A stretch of 64,000 nt of DNA from Nannocystis bainbridge. Lineage in GTDB: Bacteria > Myxococcota_A > Polyangia > Nannocystales > Nannocystaceae. A program made the position numbers and the translations under genes. Below are positions 1-10,475 of the stretch, piece after piece. The notes below the pieces were generated by a model. It had not been told where the DNA came from, ran no database searches, and saw only the letters and a list, made by a program, of their open reading frames with translations. The stretch's first letter is position 1. Every line of letters starts with the position of its first letter. The stretch is from positions 576,001 through 640,000 of the forward strand of contig NZ_JAQNDL010000003.1 in assembly GCF_028368995.1 (NCBI RefSeq), given 5' to 3'.

Positions 1-68
1 CTCCTGGCCCGCTCTCCCTCGCCGCCCGCGGCGTAAGCCTGCCCGCGGCGGCGGCGTTTCGCAGGCCG

Positions 69-1271
69 ATGTCCGCCCCTCGCTCGGTGCCCCGCGTCCT
101 CGGCCTCGGTCTCCTCCTGTGCGACCTCCTCGCCTGCGCTCCGACGATCCGGACCCCGCTCAAGCAGGCCCTCCCCTCGGTCACCGGCGACTCGAGCACC
201 GCCACCGGCCCCTGCCTCGGCGAACCCGCGCGCATCGATCTGGGCGGTCCGGCCGTCGGGGGTGCGCTCGCCGACCTCGACGGCGACGGCGTCAAGGACC
301 TCGCGCTCGCGGCCCTGGGCCCCGGCGGCGGCGCGGCGGTGTTCTTCCGCCACGACGGCCAGGGCGGCCTCGAGCCGTCGATGCGCGTCCCGATCCCGCA
401 GACGCCCACGGCGATCGTCGCGGGTGACTTCAACAACGACGGCCTCGACGACCTGGTGATCGGGGCCGCCGATCCGCCGGCGCTGCACGTGCTGCTGGCC
501 CGCGGCCGCGGCGAGTTCATCGCCGGCGCGACGCCGCTGCGCGTCGCCCCCGAGGCGCTGTGGGTGGCCCGCGTCGACGGCGACGAGAGCCTCGATCTGC
601 TGGCGCTCGACGCCGGCGGCAAGGCGGTCCGCACCCTGCTCGGCGACGGCCACGGCGAGTGGAAGGAGGGCAAGCGCAGCGCCCTGCCGGCCCGCGTGCA
701 GCCGGCCGCGCTGACCCTGGTCGACGCCGACCGCGACCAGATCCTCGACCTGGCTGTCCTCGGGGACAGCCGCAGCGACGCCGTCGTCACCCTCGTCCGC
801 GGCGACGGTCGCGGCGAGTTCGGCAAGACGCTGCAGCGACGGGTGGTCGGTCGCGGCGCGCGGGCCCTGCTCGGCGCGCCGCTGGCCGGCGACGACGGCC
901 ACGACCTGCTCGCCCTCGTCGACGCCGCGGGCCCCGGCGCGGGCAGCCCGGTCGCCGCCGTGCTGGTCCACAACGGCCCGCTCGAGTACGCGGCCGTCGG
1001 CTACTTCGTGCCCGGCCCGCTCGGCGACGCGACCCTGTCCGACCTGGACCGCGACGGCGACCTCGACCTCGTCAGCGCGGCCGCCGACGGCAGCGCCGTG
1101 CACGTCGTGCCCGGCGACGGCCGCGGCGGCTTCGCCCAGGCCCAGTCCCGCCGCGCCACCGGCCTCGGCGCCGCGGTCCTGGTGCTCGACGGCAACCGCC
1201 CCACGGTCCTCGCCTTCGGCCCCGGCTCGCAGCAGCTGCACGTGTTCCCGGTCACCCGCTGCGGCGGCTGA
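69..1271 (+). CDS. FG-GAP/VCBS repeat beta-propeller lipoprotein
   Basis: Repeated DxDGDGxxDL motifs (ADLDGDGVKDL, GDFNNDGLDDL, SDLDRDGDLDL); hydrophobic N-terminus ending LACA. Confidence 0.85.
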   Translation: MSAPRSVPRVLGLGLLLCDLLACAPTIRTPLKQALPSVTGDSSTATGPCLGEPARIDLGGPAVGGALADLDGDGVKDLALAALGPGGGAAVFFRHDGQGGLEPSMRVPIPQTPTAIVAGDFNNDGLDDLVIGAADPPALHVLLARGRGEFIAGATPLRVAPEALWVARVDGDESLDLLALDAGGKAVRTLLGDGHGEWKEGKRSALPARVQPAALTLVDADRDQILDLAVLGDSRSDAVVTLVRGDGRGEFGKTLQRRVVGRGARALLGAPLAGDDGHDLLALVDAAGPGAGSPVAAVLVHNGPLEYAAVGYFVPGPLGDATLSDLDRDGDLDLVSAAADGSAVHVVPGDGRGGFAQAQSRRATGLGAAVLVLDGNRPTVLAFGPGSQQLHVFPVTRCGG

Positions 1272-1390
1272 GCCTCCTCCGAGGTCGCCCGCGCGGACCG
1301 CAGCCGTCGCGGAGCCTCCGCACATGCCCCAAGGAACCTTCCTGAAGGTCATGCTGCGGACGAGCACCCGAATTCGCCGCCTCGATGTTC

Positions 1391-1460
1391 GAACATGCTC
1401 CTTCGAGCATGCTCCTTCGAGCATGTCGAAACGAACATGCTCTCTTGAACATGTCTTCGA
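1391..1460. repeat. 14-bp-phased CATG-centred palindrome array (5 units)
   Basis: gaacatgctccttc/gagcatgctccttc/gagcatgtcgaaac/gaacatgctctctt/gaacatgtc; units start at 1391, 1405, 1419, 1433, 1447. Confidence 0.9.
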
Positions 1461-2318
1461 GTGAAGTACGGCGAGAAGCGATACGCGGTGAGACGACCTG
1501 ACCCTTCGAGCAGGCGGTCCTCGCCCGACGTCGTCCGCTCCTGAAGAAGGCCCCGCCGCGGATTCGGGGACCGCGCAGATCGTCTCGAGCGCGCAGCCGC
1601 TGCGACGATCGGGCTGGTTCTCGCGCGAGGGCCAGGCGCGCGATGGCCCCTCACGCGCAGATCCGTGCCCTCCGTGCGCGTCGAGCACGTCGGGATCGTG
1701 GCGTGCGCAGGGCTCGAGAACGCCTCCTCGCGCCGCGCCCGACCAGCTTCTCGGGTCGCGTGCGCCGACCCCCACCGTCGCCACCCGCCGCCCGGCCGGC
1801 GCGCCAGCAGGTGGGACGCGCTCGCCCGTACCGACCGGAGTTCAGTCGGTGAAGCCTCGCCTGCGACCGCGACGGCGGCGAAAGAAGAATTGCGAGGCTC
1901 GTCGCTCGCCGGTCGTTCTCGACCGTCGGCGGCGCACGCTGCCGGCGCAGCGGTCGAAAGCGCCGCGCAGTCTCGGCATCGCGCCCCACTCCAGCGATCG
2001 TCGACGACGCCGCGGGGTGCGGGATCGATCGCGCCGCACGTGCGAGCCTGCGCGACGCGTCTTGTTCGCCAGCGCGAGGTCGCGAGGCTCATGTCGCGCC
2101 GGTCGCTCGCGCGCCGCGTGCTCGTGCTCGCTGTCGCGGCGTCCGACGTCGTGGACCGCGGGAGCGAACTCGTGAACACAACAAACATCGAGAGCATGAC
2201 AACGCCGACGACGATCACGTCGAAGGGGTCATATCGCGCCCGCGCCGCCCGCAGCACCGGTTTTCGCGCATTGTTGCGTGATCACCAACAGATTCTCCGC
2301 GGCGATACAGTTTCTGCG

Positions 2319-4226
2319 ATGCGGTTCGGGCGGCTCTTGGCGAACGTGGCGGGCGGCGGCGTGGCGATCTTCGGAGCGCTCGCTTGCGGCGACGATTCGC
2401 CGGGTGCGATGACGATGCCGAACGAGAGCGCGACCGAGGTCATGGGCTCGACGTCGGCGCCCGCGCAGACCACCTCGGGCGAACCGTCGCCGACCACCAC
2501 CGACGCGCCCACCACCGATCCAGGCACCGACTCCACCGGCGGACAGATGACCACCGGCGAGGTCATCGGGACCACCGCGGACACCACCGAGGCGACCGAC
2601 GCGAGCAGCACCACGGGCCCCGGCGGGCCCCGCTGTCCCGCCGGCGAGCTCGCGTGTGACGGCGACGTCGCGCTCACCTGCGACGACGACGGCAACATCA
2701 TCGAGACCACGCCGTGCCCCGAGGTGTGTGTGCCGACCCTCGGTTGCGTGCTGTGCGTGCCGGGCACCGACGTGTGCGACGGCCCCGTCTCGAAGCACTG
2801 CCGCGCCGACGGCCTCGGCCTCGAGGAGAGCCTGTGCGACCCGCTGCAGGGCCTGCTGTGCGAGCCTGACAGCGGCCGCTGCGTCGGCGACTGTGCCAGT
2901 GACGCCCTGACCGCCAGCTACATCGGCTGCGACTACTACCCGACGGTCACGCCCAACATCGTCGCCGCCAACTTCGACTTCGCGGTCGCGGTCTCCAACA
3001 CCACCGACGAGCCGGCGCAGATCACCATCACCCGCGACGACGTGGTCGTCGACAGCTTCGAGGTCGCGGCGGGCGAGGTCGAGGTCGCCCCGCTGCCGTG
3101 GATCGCCGCGCTCAAGGAGCCCAAGGCGAGCACGATCGTCCAGGCCGGCGCCTATCGCCTGCGCTCCGACCGGCCGGTCTCGGTCTATCAATACAGCCCG
3201 CTCGAGTACGACAAGCGCGACAAGTTCTCCTACTCGAACGACGCCAGCCTGCTGCTGCCGACCAACGTGTGGGGCGCGGCGACCCGCGTGATCACCCGCA
3301 ACACCTTCGGCGCGCTGCCCGGCGCCTACGTCGTGGTCGCGCGCATCGACGGCACCCTGGTCGAGCTCACCCCGTCCAAGACCGGCGCGCCGGTGCTGCC
3401 GGGCGGCGGCGTCACGGCCGACGGCCACGGCCAGGCGCTGCTCAACGCCGGGGATGTCCTTTTGGTCATCTCGGGCGTGGCCGGCGGCACGCCCGATCAG
3501 GCCGACCTGACCGGCACCCTCGTCAGCGCCTCGGCCCCGGTGCAGGTGATCGGCGCTCACGCCTGCACCAACATCCCGTTCGACAAGCAGGCCTGCGACC
3601 ACCTCGAGGAGAGCAACCTGCCGCTGCAGAACCTCGCCAGCGGCTATTTCCTGACCACCCCGCTGGTCAAGCCGCCCAAGCAGCCGGCCGCCAAGAAGGC
3701 GCGCATGATCCGGATCGTCGCCACCGCGCCCGGCACCAGCCTCACCTACGACCCGCCGCAACCTGGCGCTCCGAGCATGCTCGAACAGCCAGGTGACTAC
3801 GCCGAGTTCACCTCGGCGCACGACCTGTGGATCGGCGCCAACCACCGGATCGCCGTCGCCGAGTACATGCTCGGCCAGGACGCCGGCGGCAACACCGGCG
3901 ACCCCGCCATGACCGTCGCCGTCCCGCCCGAGCTGTTCCGCACCACCTACGCCATCCACGCCCCCACCAACTACGAGAGCAACTACGTCAACGTGGTCGC
4001 CCCCACCGGCGTCACCGTGACCCTCGACGGCAACCCGGTCCCCGAGCCCGGATGGACGGCGATCGGCAAGACCGGCTGGTCGGTGGCCCGCCTGCCGCTC
4101 GCCAACAAGGGCGACGGTGACCACCGGCTGACCTCCGACCACCCCTTCGGCGTGCAGGTCTACGGCTACGGCCAGTACACGAGTTACTGGTACCCGGGCG
4201 GCCTCAACCTCGCGCCGCTCCCCTGA
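2319..4226 (+). CDS. IgGFc-binding-protein N-terminal-domain lipoprotein with Thr-rich linker and Cys-rich region
   Basis: Lipobox GALAC; SYIGCDY, YSNDASLLLP, CDHLEE, GDPAM, YGYGQYTSYWYPGG motifs typical of the family; start moved to ATG 2319 inside ORF 1665..4226. Confidence 0.85.
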   Translation: MRFGRLLANVAGGGVAIFGALACGDDSPGAMTMPNESATEVMGSTSAPAQTTSGEPSPTTTDAPTTDPGTDSTGGQMTTGEVIGTTADTTEATDASSTTGPGGPRCPAGELACDGDVALTCDDDGNIIETTPCPEVCVPTLGCVLCVPGTDVCDGPVSKHCRADGLGLEESLCDPLQGLLCEPDSGRCVGDCASDALTASYIGCDYYPTVTPNIVAANFDFAVAVSNTTDEPAQITITRDDVVVDSFEVAAGEVEVAPLPWIAALKEPKASTIVQAGAYRLRSDRPVSVYQYSPLEYDKRDKFSYSNDASLLLPTNVWGAATRVITRNTFGALPGAYVVVARIDGTLVELTPSKTGAPVLPGGGVTADGHGQALLNAGDVLLVISGVAGGTPDQADLTGTLVSASAPVQVIGAHACTNIPFDKQACDHLEESNLPLQNLASGYFLTTPLVKPPKQPAAKKARMIRIVATAPGTSLTYDPPQPGAPSMLEQPGDYAEFTSAHDLWIGANHRIAVAEYMLGQDAGGNTGDPAMTVAVPPELFRTTYAIHAPTNYESNYVNVVAPTGVTVTLDGNPVPEPGWTAIGKTGWSVARLPLANKGDGDHRLTSDHPFGVQVYGYGQYTSYWYPGGLNLAPLP

Positions 4227-4321
4227 CGGCCCACTCGGAGCGCAAACTTCGGACATCTCCTGGCCTGCACGGCGGTCCAGGCAGGTGAATTCATGCCCAC
4301 CAGCGAGAGGATTTCGAACTC

Positions 4322-5968
4322 TCAGCCGTCGACGAGCGCGGAGATCGTGGCGACCTCGGCGTCCGCGCGTGTGAGAGCTGCCAGCATCTCGGCGGCGCAG
4401 GCGGCACGATCGGCGGACACCGCGAGGACCGCTGGCATGAGCGTGTGGAGATCGCGGACGGTGCAGACCCGGTCGAGCGCCGGGCCGAGCAGCTCGAGGG
4501 CTTCCGGGAGATGGCCCATCGCGGCGAGCTCGACGACGATCGGCGCCACCGCTGCGGCCGCCAGCGGCTCGAAGCGCGCCAGGGCCAGCGCCGCCTCGAT
4601 CTGGTCGGTCGCCAGCCGGGCCGCGACGAGCTCCGGTTGCAGGTCTTGGATCAACGAGACCAGGCCCTCTTCGCCGACGAACGCGCGCTCCATCAAGGCG
4701 AGCGCGCCTGCCTCGTCGCCGCGCAAGCCGAGGGCCGCCGCCGCCGCGAAGATCGTCCTGCCGGGGCGCGCCTGGCGGAACCGCGCCGTCATGTCGGGCG
4801 CGTCGCGCCACTCGGCGAGCGCTCGCTCGAGGCGGCGCTGGCCCTGCGGCGTGAACCACTTGTCGTCGGCGACGAGGCCGAGCTCGCGTTGGCCGGCGGC
4901 GACTTCGACGACGAAGTTGCGTCCGTCGTCGAGCGTCGCAGCGACCTTGTCGAGGGCTTCGCGGGTGATCGCGGCGACGACCTCGCGGGCCCGCGGGCGA
5001 TCGCTGCTGGCGTGCATCGCCGCGAACTCGAGGCGAGCCTCGCGCAACTCGCCGGCGGTCAGCAGCCCTTCGCCGTACTGCTCGACCATCTCGGGCTCGG
5101 CAGCCTCGGCGCTGGCCCGCCACGAGGGCGCCCGCGCATCGTCCGGGCACGCCCGCGCGAGCCGGGCGGGCAGCCAGCGCGGCGGGTACGCCAGCGCGAG
5201 CGCGCCGTCGGGGTCGCCGCCGCGGACGAACGCGTCCACCACGTCTCGTCGCAGGGGCCCGTGGAACCGCGGAGCGACCGCGGCGAGCTCGCCTGCAGCC
5301 AGGGCCGCGGCGATCACGGCCCGCCCGGCATAAGACGGCACGCCGATGAAATCGGACGCTTGCGTGTCGAGCACGTGCTGGCGCGCCTCGGCGGCCGCGT
5401 CGGCGTCGCCGCGGCGCGCGTGGAGGATCCACAGCGCCGCGGCGATGGCACAGTGAGCCTCGCTGGCGCGATCGATCCGCGGGAACGCGCTCGTGAGGGC
5501 CTCGAGGTAGGCGGTCTCCATCTCCGGGTCGAGCTGCGCGCGCACCAGATACCACGCCAGCTCGGCCGCATGCGCCTTGTCGGGGTTGCTGGGAAGCACG
5601 CGGTGGAGCGCGATCAACGACACATTCGCGTCGTCAAGCTCGTGCTGGACCAGCAGGTCGACCACCTGATCGTCCTGGCCCGCCGGGACGCTCGTGAAGG
5701 CCTCGGCGAGCAGCTCGCGCGCCAGCTCGTCGCGGCCGCCGTCGCGCAGCGCCTGGGAGACCCGGCTGAGGGCCGCCGAGCGCGAGAACCACCGGCCCTG
5801 GACCGGGTGGGCACGCGCCCACGCGAGGGCGAGCTCGAGCTCCCCCGCCGCAACGGCTGCCTCGCCGAAGGTCCAGCCGAGCCCGAACGCGATGTCGATG
5901 ACGGCGAACCGCGGCAGCGCATGGCACCAGCGCCGGGCGCAGGCTTCGTGGGTCGCAGGCGTGGTCAC
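4322..5968 (-). CDS. hypothetical alpha-helical repeat protein
   Basis: Long ORF with protein-like composition; probable GTG start at 5968 preceded by TGCTATGGT (extended -10-like). Confidence 0.65.
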   Translation of the reverse strand: MTTPATHEACARRWCHALPRFAVIDIAFGLGWTFGEAAVAAGELELALAWARAHPVQGRWFSRSAALSRVSQALRDGGRDELARELLAEAFTSVPAGQDDQVVDLLVQHELDDANVSLIALHRVLPSNPDKAHAAELAWYLVRAQLDPEMETAYLEALTSAFPRIDRASEAHCAIAAALWILHARRGDADAAAEARQHVLDTQASDFIGVPSYAGRAVIAAALAAGELAAVAPRFHGPLRRDVVDAFVRGGDPDGALALAYPPRWLPARLARACPDDARAPSWRASAEAAEPEMVEQYGEGLLTAGELREARLEFAAMHASSDRPRAREVVAAITREALDKVAATLDDGRNFVVEVAAGQRELGLVADDKWFTPQGQRRLERALAEWRDAPDMTARFRQARPGRTIFAAAAALGLRGDEAGALALMERAFVGEEGLVSLIQDLQPELVAARLATDQIEAALALARFEPLAAAAVAPIVVELAAMGHLPEALELLGPALDRVCTVRDLHTLMPAVLAVSADRAACAAEMLAALTRADAEVATISALVDG

Positions 5969-6225
5969 GAGGGGACCATAGCAGTGACGCACGGCTCGGC
6001 GATATCCGCCACGGCTCCGGAGGTCGCGACAGTGGCAGGTCCGCCGCCGGTGTACGGCCCGGGCCGTACCTGTCACTCGGTGCCGACCTTGCTCGCCGGG
6101 GCGGGTGAGGCCCCTACGTGCTCAAGGCGTCCGCCCGCCATGCGGCCTGGCGACCGCGCTACGGGCCATTTGCCAGTACACCCGCGACGGGTACCCGGGC
6201 GGCATCGCCTCTGAAGTTTCCGAAG

Positions 6226-6305
6226 GGACATGCCCTCACGGACATGCCCCATGCGTCATGCCCCATCGGACATGCCCCATCGGACATGCCCTCGCGGACA
6301 TGCCT
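6226..6305. repeat. 14-bp-phased palindrome array (6 units) abutting the purQ stop
   Basis: ggacatgcc-type units at 6226, 6240, 6254, 6268, 6282, 6296. Confidence 0.92.
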
Positions 6306-7129
6306 TAGCGCGACGCGATCGCCCGCACGCCGCCGGCCAGCAGGTGCAGGCCGAGCCCGTGCTCCGGCAGCGTCCCGGCCTCGCGCTGGGCGATCCAGTG
6401 CGGGTGGTTCTCCGGGTACAGGTACGCCTCCGGGTGCGGCATCAGCCCGAACACGCGGCCGCTCGGGTCGCACAGGCCGGCGATCCCACCTGGCGAGCCG
6501 TCGGGGTTGTCGGGCCAGCGCTCGGTCGGCGCCCCGGTCTCGTCGGCGTAGCGGACCGGGATGAGATGCCTGTCCTCGAGGACCTGTCGCAACGGACCTG
6601 TCTCGAAGACCAGCTTGCCCTCGCCGTGGCGGCTCGGCAGCTCGATGGTCGGCGGCAGGTCGCGGGTGAACACGCACGGGCTGGCGCGGTCGACCGCCAG
6701 GCGGACCCACGCGTCCCAGTAGCCGAGGCGGTCGTTCATCACCAGCGAGACCCGCTGCTGCAGCCCGGGCTCCAGGCCCGGCAACAGGCCCAGCTTGACG
6801 ATGGTCTGAAAGCCGTTGCAGATGCCGAGCACCAGCCCGCCGGCCTCGACGTGGCGCTGCAGCCGTTCGCCCATGCGGTAGCGCAGGCGGTTGGCGAACA
6901 CCCGGCCGCTGGCGATGTGGTCGCCGAAGCTGAAGCCGCCGATGAACACCACCAGCGGGTGGCCGGCCAGCGCGTCGTCGTCGGCGATCGCGTCGGCGAC
7001 GTGGCGCGCGGTCACCCGGGCCCCGATCGTCTGCAGCGCGGCGCACGTCTCGGCCTCGCAGTTGAGGCCGTAGCCGGTCAGGACCAGCGCGCGCACCTCG
7101 GCGGCGCCCTCGATCGCCAGCGGGTTCAT
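6305..7129 (-). CDS. purQ: phosphoribosylformylglycinamidine synthase glutaminase subunit
   Basis: GYGLNCE, GGFSFGD, LGICNGFQ (catalytic Cys), NPDGS, GLMPHPE; ATG 7129 overlaps the purL stop (ATGA). Confidence 0.95.
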   Translation of the reverse strand: MNPLAIEGAAEVRALVLTGYGLNCEAETCAALQTIGARVTARHVADAIADDDALAGHPLVVFIGGFSFGDHIASGRVFANRLRYRMGERLQRHVEAGGLVLGICNGFQTIVKLGLLPGLEPGLQQRVSLVMNDRLGYWDAWVRLAVDRASPCVFTRDLPPTIELPSRHGEGKLVFETGPLRQVLEDRHLIPVRYADETGAPTERWPDNPDGSPGGIAGLCDPSGRVFGLMPHPEAYLYPENHPHWIAQREAGTLPEHGLGLHLLAGGVRAIASR

Positions 7130-10100
7130 CGCTGCACCTCCTGCGCCCGCGCCGGCAGCGGCGCCGGTGGCCCGTGCAGCGCCGCCGGGCGGAACCGTTC
7201 GCGCAGCGCCGCCGCCGTCAATTCGACGATCGTCTGGGCTCCACGGCGCACGCGGAGCCAGCCGCCGCCGTCCTCGCCCGGCGCCGCGACCTGCCCCAGC
7301 GCCTGCAGCCCGTGCCCGCCGAGCCGCGCGGTCAGCTCGCCCGCGGCCGCCGGCTTGCACGTGAAGACGATGCGCCCGGTGCTCTCGCTGAACAGGAACT
7401 CGGCTGGCGTCAAGGACATGTCCTCCGGGACCGGTCGCAAAAGCTCATCGGTGACGGCGACCTCGAGCCCGAGCTCGCCGGCCAGCGTCATGTGGGCCAG
7501 GGCGACCGCCAGGCCGCCGCGGCCGGCGACGTGGGCCGAGCGGACCAGGCCGGCGTCGCGCGCCGCGGCGAAGGCGGCGTAGCGGGCCGCCGCGGCCGCG
7601 AGGTCGGTCGTCGGCACGCCGTGCAGGACGAGCCCGCGCTGGCGCGACAGCTCGCTGCCGCCGAGGTGCCGGCCGGTCGGGCCGAGCACGAACACGAGGT
7701 CGCCAGCGGCGATCGGCGCCAGGTCGAGGGCGCGCCGCACGTCGGGCATCTGACCGATCACCGAGACCAGCAGGGTCGGCGGGATCGAGATCTTCACGCC
7801 GCCGAGGTGGGCGTCGTTCTTCATCGAGTCCTTGCCGCTGACGAGCGGGACCCCGAACGCCTCGCAGGCGGCCCGCAGGCCCTCGCAGCAGCGCACCAGC
7901 TGGGCCAGCTTGTGCTCGCCGTCGGGCGTCTTGTCGCTCTGCACCGGGTCCGGCCAGCAGAAGTTGTCGAGCGCCGCCAGCCGATCGATCCGCGCCCCCG
8001 CGCACAGCGCCCGCCGCACCGCCTCGTCGACGCACGCGCGCGCCATCGCGTCGGTGTCGAGGTCGCCGTAGTGCGGGTGCACGCCCTCGGCCAGGATCAC
8101 GCCCTCGGGACGCAGGTGACGCGCGCGCATCACCGTCGCCGTCGACGGCACGTCCTGACGGGCCCCGACCCACGGCTTGACCACCGACAGGCCCTTGACC
8201 TCGTGGTCGTAGCGGCGCCCCAGGTGCTCGTGCGAGGCCATGTTCGGCCGCACCAGCATGTCCAAGAGGTCATGGCCGATCGAACCTGGCGCATCGGCCA
8301 GGCGCTGCTCGCCGAGCACCGCGGCGACCGCTGCCGGCGCGCTCTCGGGCCGCGCCGGCGGGCTCCAACGGGCCCGCAGCGGCACCCGCGGGGTGCCCTC
8401 GTGGAGGAACTCGAGGCCCAGGTCGAGCACCGGCTTGCCGGCCCAGGTGGCGCGCAGCCGGCCGCTGCTCGTGAACTCGCCGAGCGGGGTGGCCTCGACC
8501 TCGCGCCGGCGGGCCAGCTCGAGCAAGGCCTCGAGCCTGTCCTTCGGGACAGCCAGCGTCATGCGCTCCTGAGCCTCGGAGATCAGGACCTCCCACGGCA
8601 TCAGCCCGGGGTACTTGAGCGGCGCGAGCGCGAGGTCGATGTCGGCGCCGCCGGTGAAGGTGGCCATCTCGCCGATCGACGACGAAAGGCCGCCGGCGCC
8701 GTTGTCGGTGAGGCCGCTGTAGAGCCCGAGCTCGCGCGCCTCGGTCAGGAAGTCGGCGACCATCTTCTGCGTGATCGGGTCGCCGATCTGGACCGCCTGC
8801 ACCGGCGACGACTCGTCGAGCTCGACGCTCGAGAAGGTGGCGCCGTGGATGCCGTCCTTGCCGATGCGCCCGCCGAGCATGACGACGACGTCGCCGGCGC
8901 GCACGACCTTCTCGGCGGTCGGGCGCCCGGCCGAGGTCACCGGCATGACCGCGACGGTGCCGCAATAGACCAGCGGCTTGCCGGCGTAGCGGGCGTCGAA
9001 CAGCTCCCAGCCGCGGCTGTAGGGGATGCCGGATTGATTGCCGCCGTCGATGACGCCGCGGTGCACGCCGTCGCGGATCTTCCGCGGATGCATGAGCCCG
9101 GGCGGCAGCTGGCCGGCGAAGTCGGGCTCGCCGAAGCAATAGCCCCACACGTTGGTCAGCAGGTCGGCGCCGAGGCCGGTGCCGAGGCTGTCACGATTGA
9201 CGCCGACGATGCCGGTCATGGCCCCGCCATACGGGTCGAGGGCCGACGGCGAGTTGTGCGTCTCGACCTTGTAGACGAGGTGATCGGCGTCGCTGAAGCG
9301 GACCACGCCGGCGTTGTCGTGGAACACCGAGACGAGGAACGGCGCGTCGCCGTCGTCCGCCGCCCGGGCCGCCGCGATCGCCTCGGTGGCCCCGCGGATG
9401 TACGTGCGGAACAGGCCGCGATCGATCGTCCGCGTGGCGCCGTCAGGGTCGGTGTACTCGATCGGCGCGGCGAAGATCTTGTGCTTGCAGTGCTCGCTCC
9501 ACGTCTGCGCCAGGCACTCGAGCTCGGCGTCGGTCGGGTCGCGGCCGAGATCCACGAAGTGGCGCTGAATGGCCCGCATCTCCGTGAGCGTCAGCGCGAG
9601 CATGCCCTGCGTGCTGATCCGCATCAGCGTCGCGTCGTCGGCCGCGCCCAGCGCCACGGTGGCGACCACCGCCTCGTGGACCCCGCCGGCCCGCGGCACC
9701 GCGAACGCCTGCGGCCGCGGCGAGCGCTCGAGCGTCGCCCGCTCGATCAGCGGGTTGTGCAGCTCTCGCGCCGCTCGCTCGGCGTGGGCCTCCTCGAGGC
9801 CCCAGATCGCATAGGTGGTGCCCGTATAGACCTGCCCGCGCAGGGCCCGGCCGAGGCAGTCCTCCGCGGCTCGCTTGACGCTGGTGCCGACGCTGTCGGT
9901 CACGCCGGGGCGAAAGCCGATCGTCAGCAGCCAGGGATGGCCGGCGGCCCCCGCGGGCGCGCCGAAGTCGTCGGCGAGGGCGCCGATGGCCCCGACCTCG
10001 GCGACCGGATCGGTGAGCGCCGCGAGCACCTGCCGGGCCTCGTCCGGGCTGATGTCCAGATCGAGCCAATAGACCTTGCGCGACCGCAGGCCGGTCGGGT

Positions 10101-10233
10101 GCAGACCCGCGAGCTGCGCACCGGTCGCCGTCGCCAGCGCGTCGCTCAGGTCCGGCCGTACCGCGATCTCGAGCCGATACGTGCAGAGCTCGGGGACCGT
10201 CTCATGTGGATGCTCCGCTGATCGCTGGGCCAC
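7126..10233 (-). CDS. purL: phosphoribosylformylglycinamidine synthase synthetase subunit with N-terminal PurS-like region
   Basis: QTWSEHCKHKIF, KVETHNSPSALDPYGGA, DNGAGGLSS, SEAQERM, LDNFCWPDP, SGKDSMKN, LFSES; start uncertain. Confidence 0.95.
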   Translation of the reverse strand: MAQRSAEHPHETVPELCTYRLEIAVRPDLSDALATATGAQLAGLHPTGLRSRKVYWLDLDISPDEARQVLAALTDPVAEVGAIGALADDFGAPAGAAGHPWLLTIGFRPGVTDSVGTSVKRAAEDCLGRALRGQVYTGTTYAIWGLEEAHAERAARELHNPLIERATLERSPRPQAFAVPRAGGVHEAVVATVALGAADDATLMRISTQGMLALTLTEMRAIQRHFVDLGRDPTDAELECLAQTWSEHCKHKIFAAPIEYTDPDGATRTIDRGLFRTYIRGATEAIAAARAADDGDAPFLVSVFHDNAGVVRFSDADHLVYKVETHNSPSALDPYGGAMTGIVGVNRDSLGTGLGADLLTNVWGYCFGEPDFAGQLPPGLMHPRKIRDGVHRGVIDGGNQSGIPYSRGWELFDARYAGKPLVYCGTVAVMPVTSAGRPTAEKVVRAGDVVVMLGGRIGKDGIHGATFSSVELDESSPVQAVQIGDPITQKMVADFLTEARELGLYSGLTDNGAGGLSSSIGEMATFTGGADIDLALAPLKYPGLMPWEVLISEAQERMTLAVPKDRLEALLELARRREVEATPLGEFTSSGRLRATWAGKPVLDLGLEFLHEGTPRVPLRARWSPPARPESAPAAVAAVLGEQRLADAPGSIGHDLLDMLVRPNMASHEHLGRRYDHEVKGLSVVKPWVGARQDVPSTATVMRARHLRPEGVILAEGVHPHYGDLDTDAMARACVDEAVRRALCAGARIDRLAALDNFCWPDPVQSDKTPDGEHKLAQLVRCCEGLRAACEAFGVPLVSGKDSMKNDAHLGGVKISIPPTLLVSVIGQMPDVRRALDLAPIAAGDLVFVLGPTGRHLGGSELSRQRGLVLHGVPTTDLAAAAARYAAFAAARDAGLVRSAHVAGRGGLAVALAHMTLAGELGLEVAVTDELLRPVPEDMSLTPAEFLFSESTGRIVFTCKPAAAGELTARLGGHGLQALGQVAAPGEDGGGWLRVRRGAQTIVELTAAALRERFRPAALHGPPAPLPARAQEVQR

Positions 10234-10475
10234 GGGGCCTTGCTTGGCGCAGGACCACTCCGCTGTCAATCGCGCCTCCGGCCGGCTAGAGAGGAGTTTC
10301 CGCAAGGTCGAGCCTTGACAACCGCGATCCCGTCATGCAAAAGTCCGGACGAGGCTGACGCTTGGAGTGTCTGGTCTGGCGACTTCGTCGCCGTGACGAG
10401 TCGCTCGCTCGTTGTGATTTCCGTGGCGTCGGCACGGCCCTTTACGGGCTTCGCATACCGCTCCGAGGTTCATCT

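Noticed and set aside
2229-5555. Long antisense or alternate-frame ORFs (also 7174..10221, 20188..23508, 53270..55969, 57562..60324 and others)
   Set aside because: Shadow ORFs of real genes caused by high GC; Arg/Ala/Gly-rich with no motifs
6226-6305. p53 response elements (RRRCATGYYY decamers)
   Set aside because: The match is real but arises from abutting TGTCC-N4-GGACA units; isolated sites in genes lack the CATG core, and nothing here indicates a p53-like protein
10429-10446. Sigma-54 promoter (CGGCACGGCCCTTTAC) upstream of the wHTH gene
   Set aside because: The -24 element fits but the conserved -12 GC is missing
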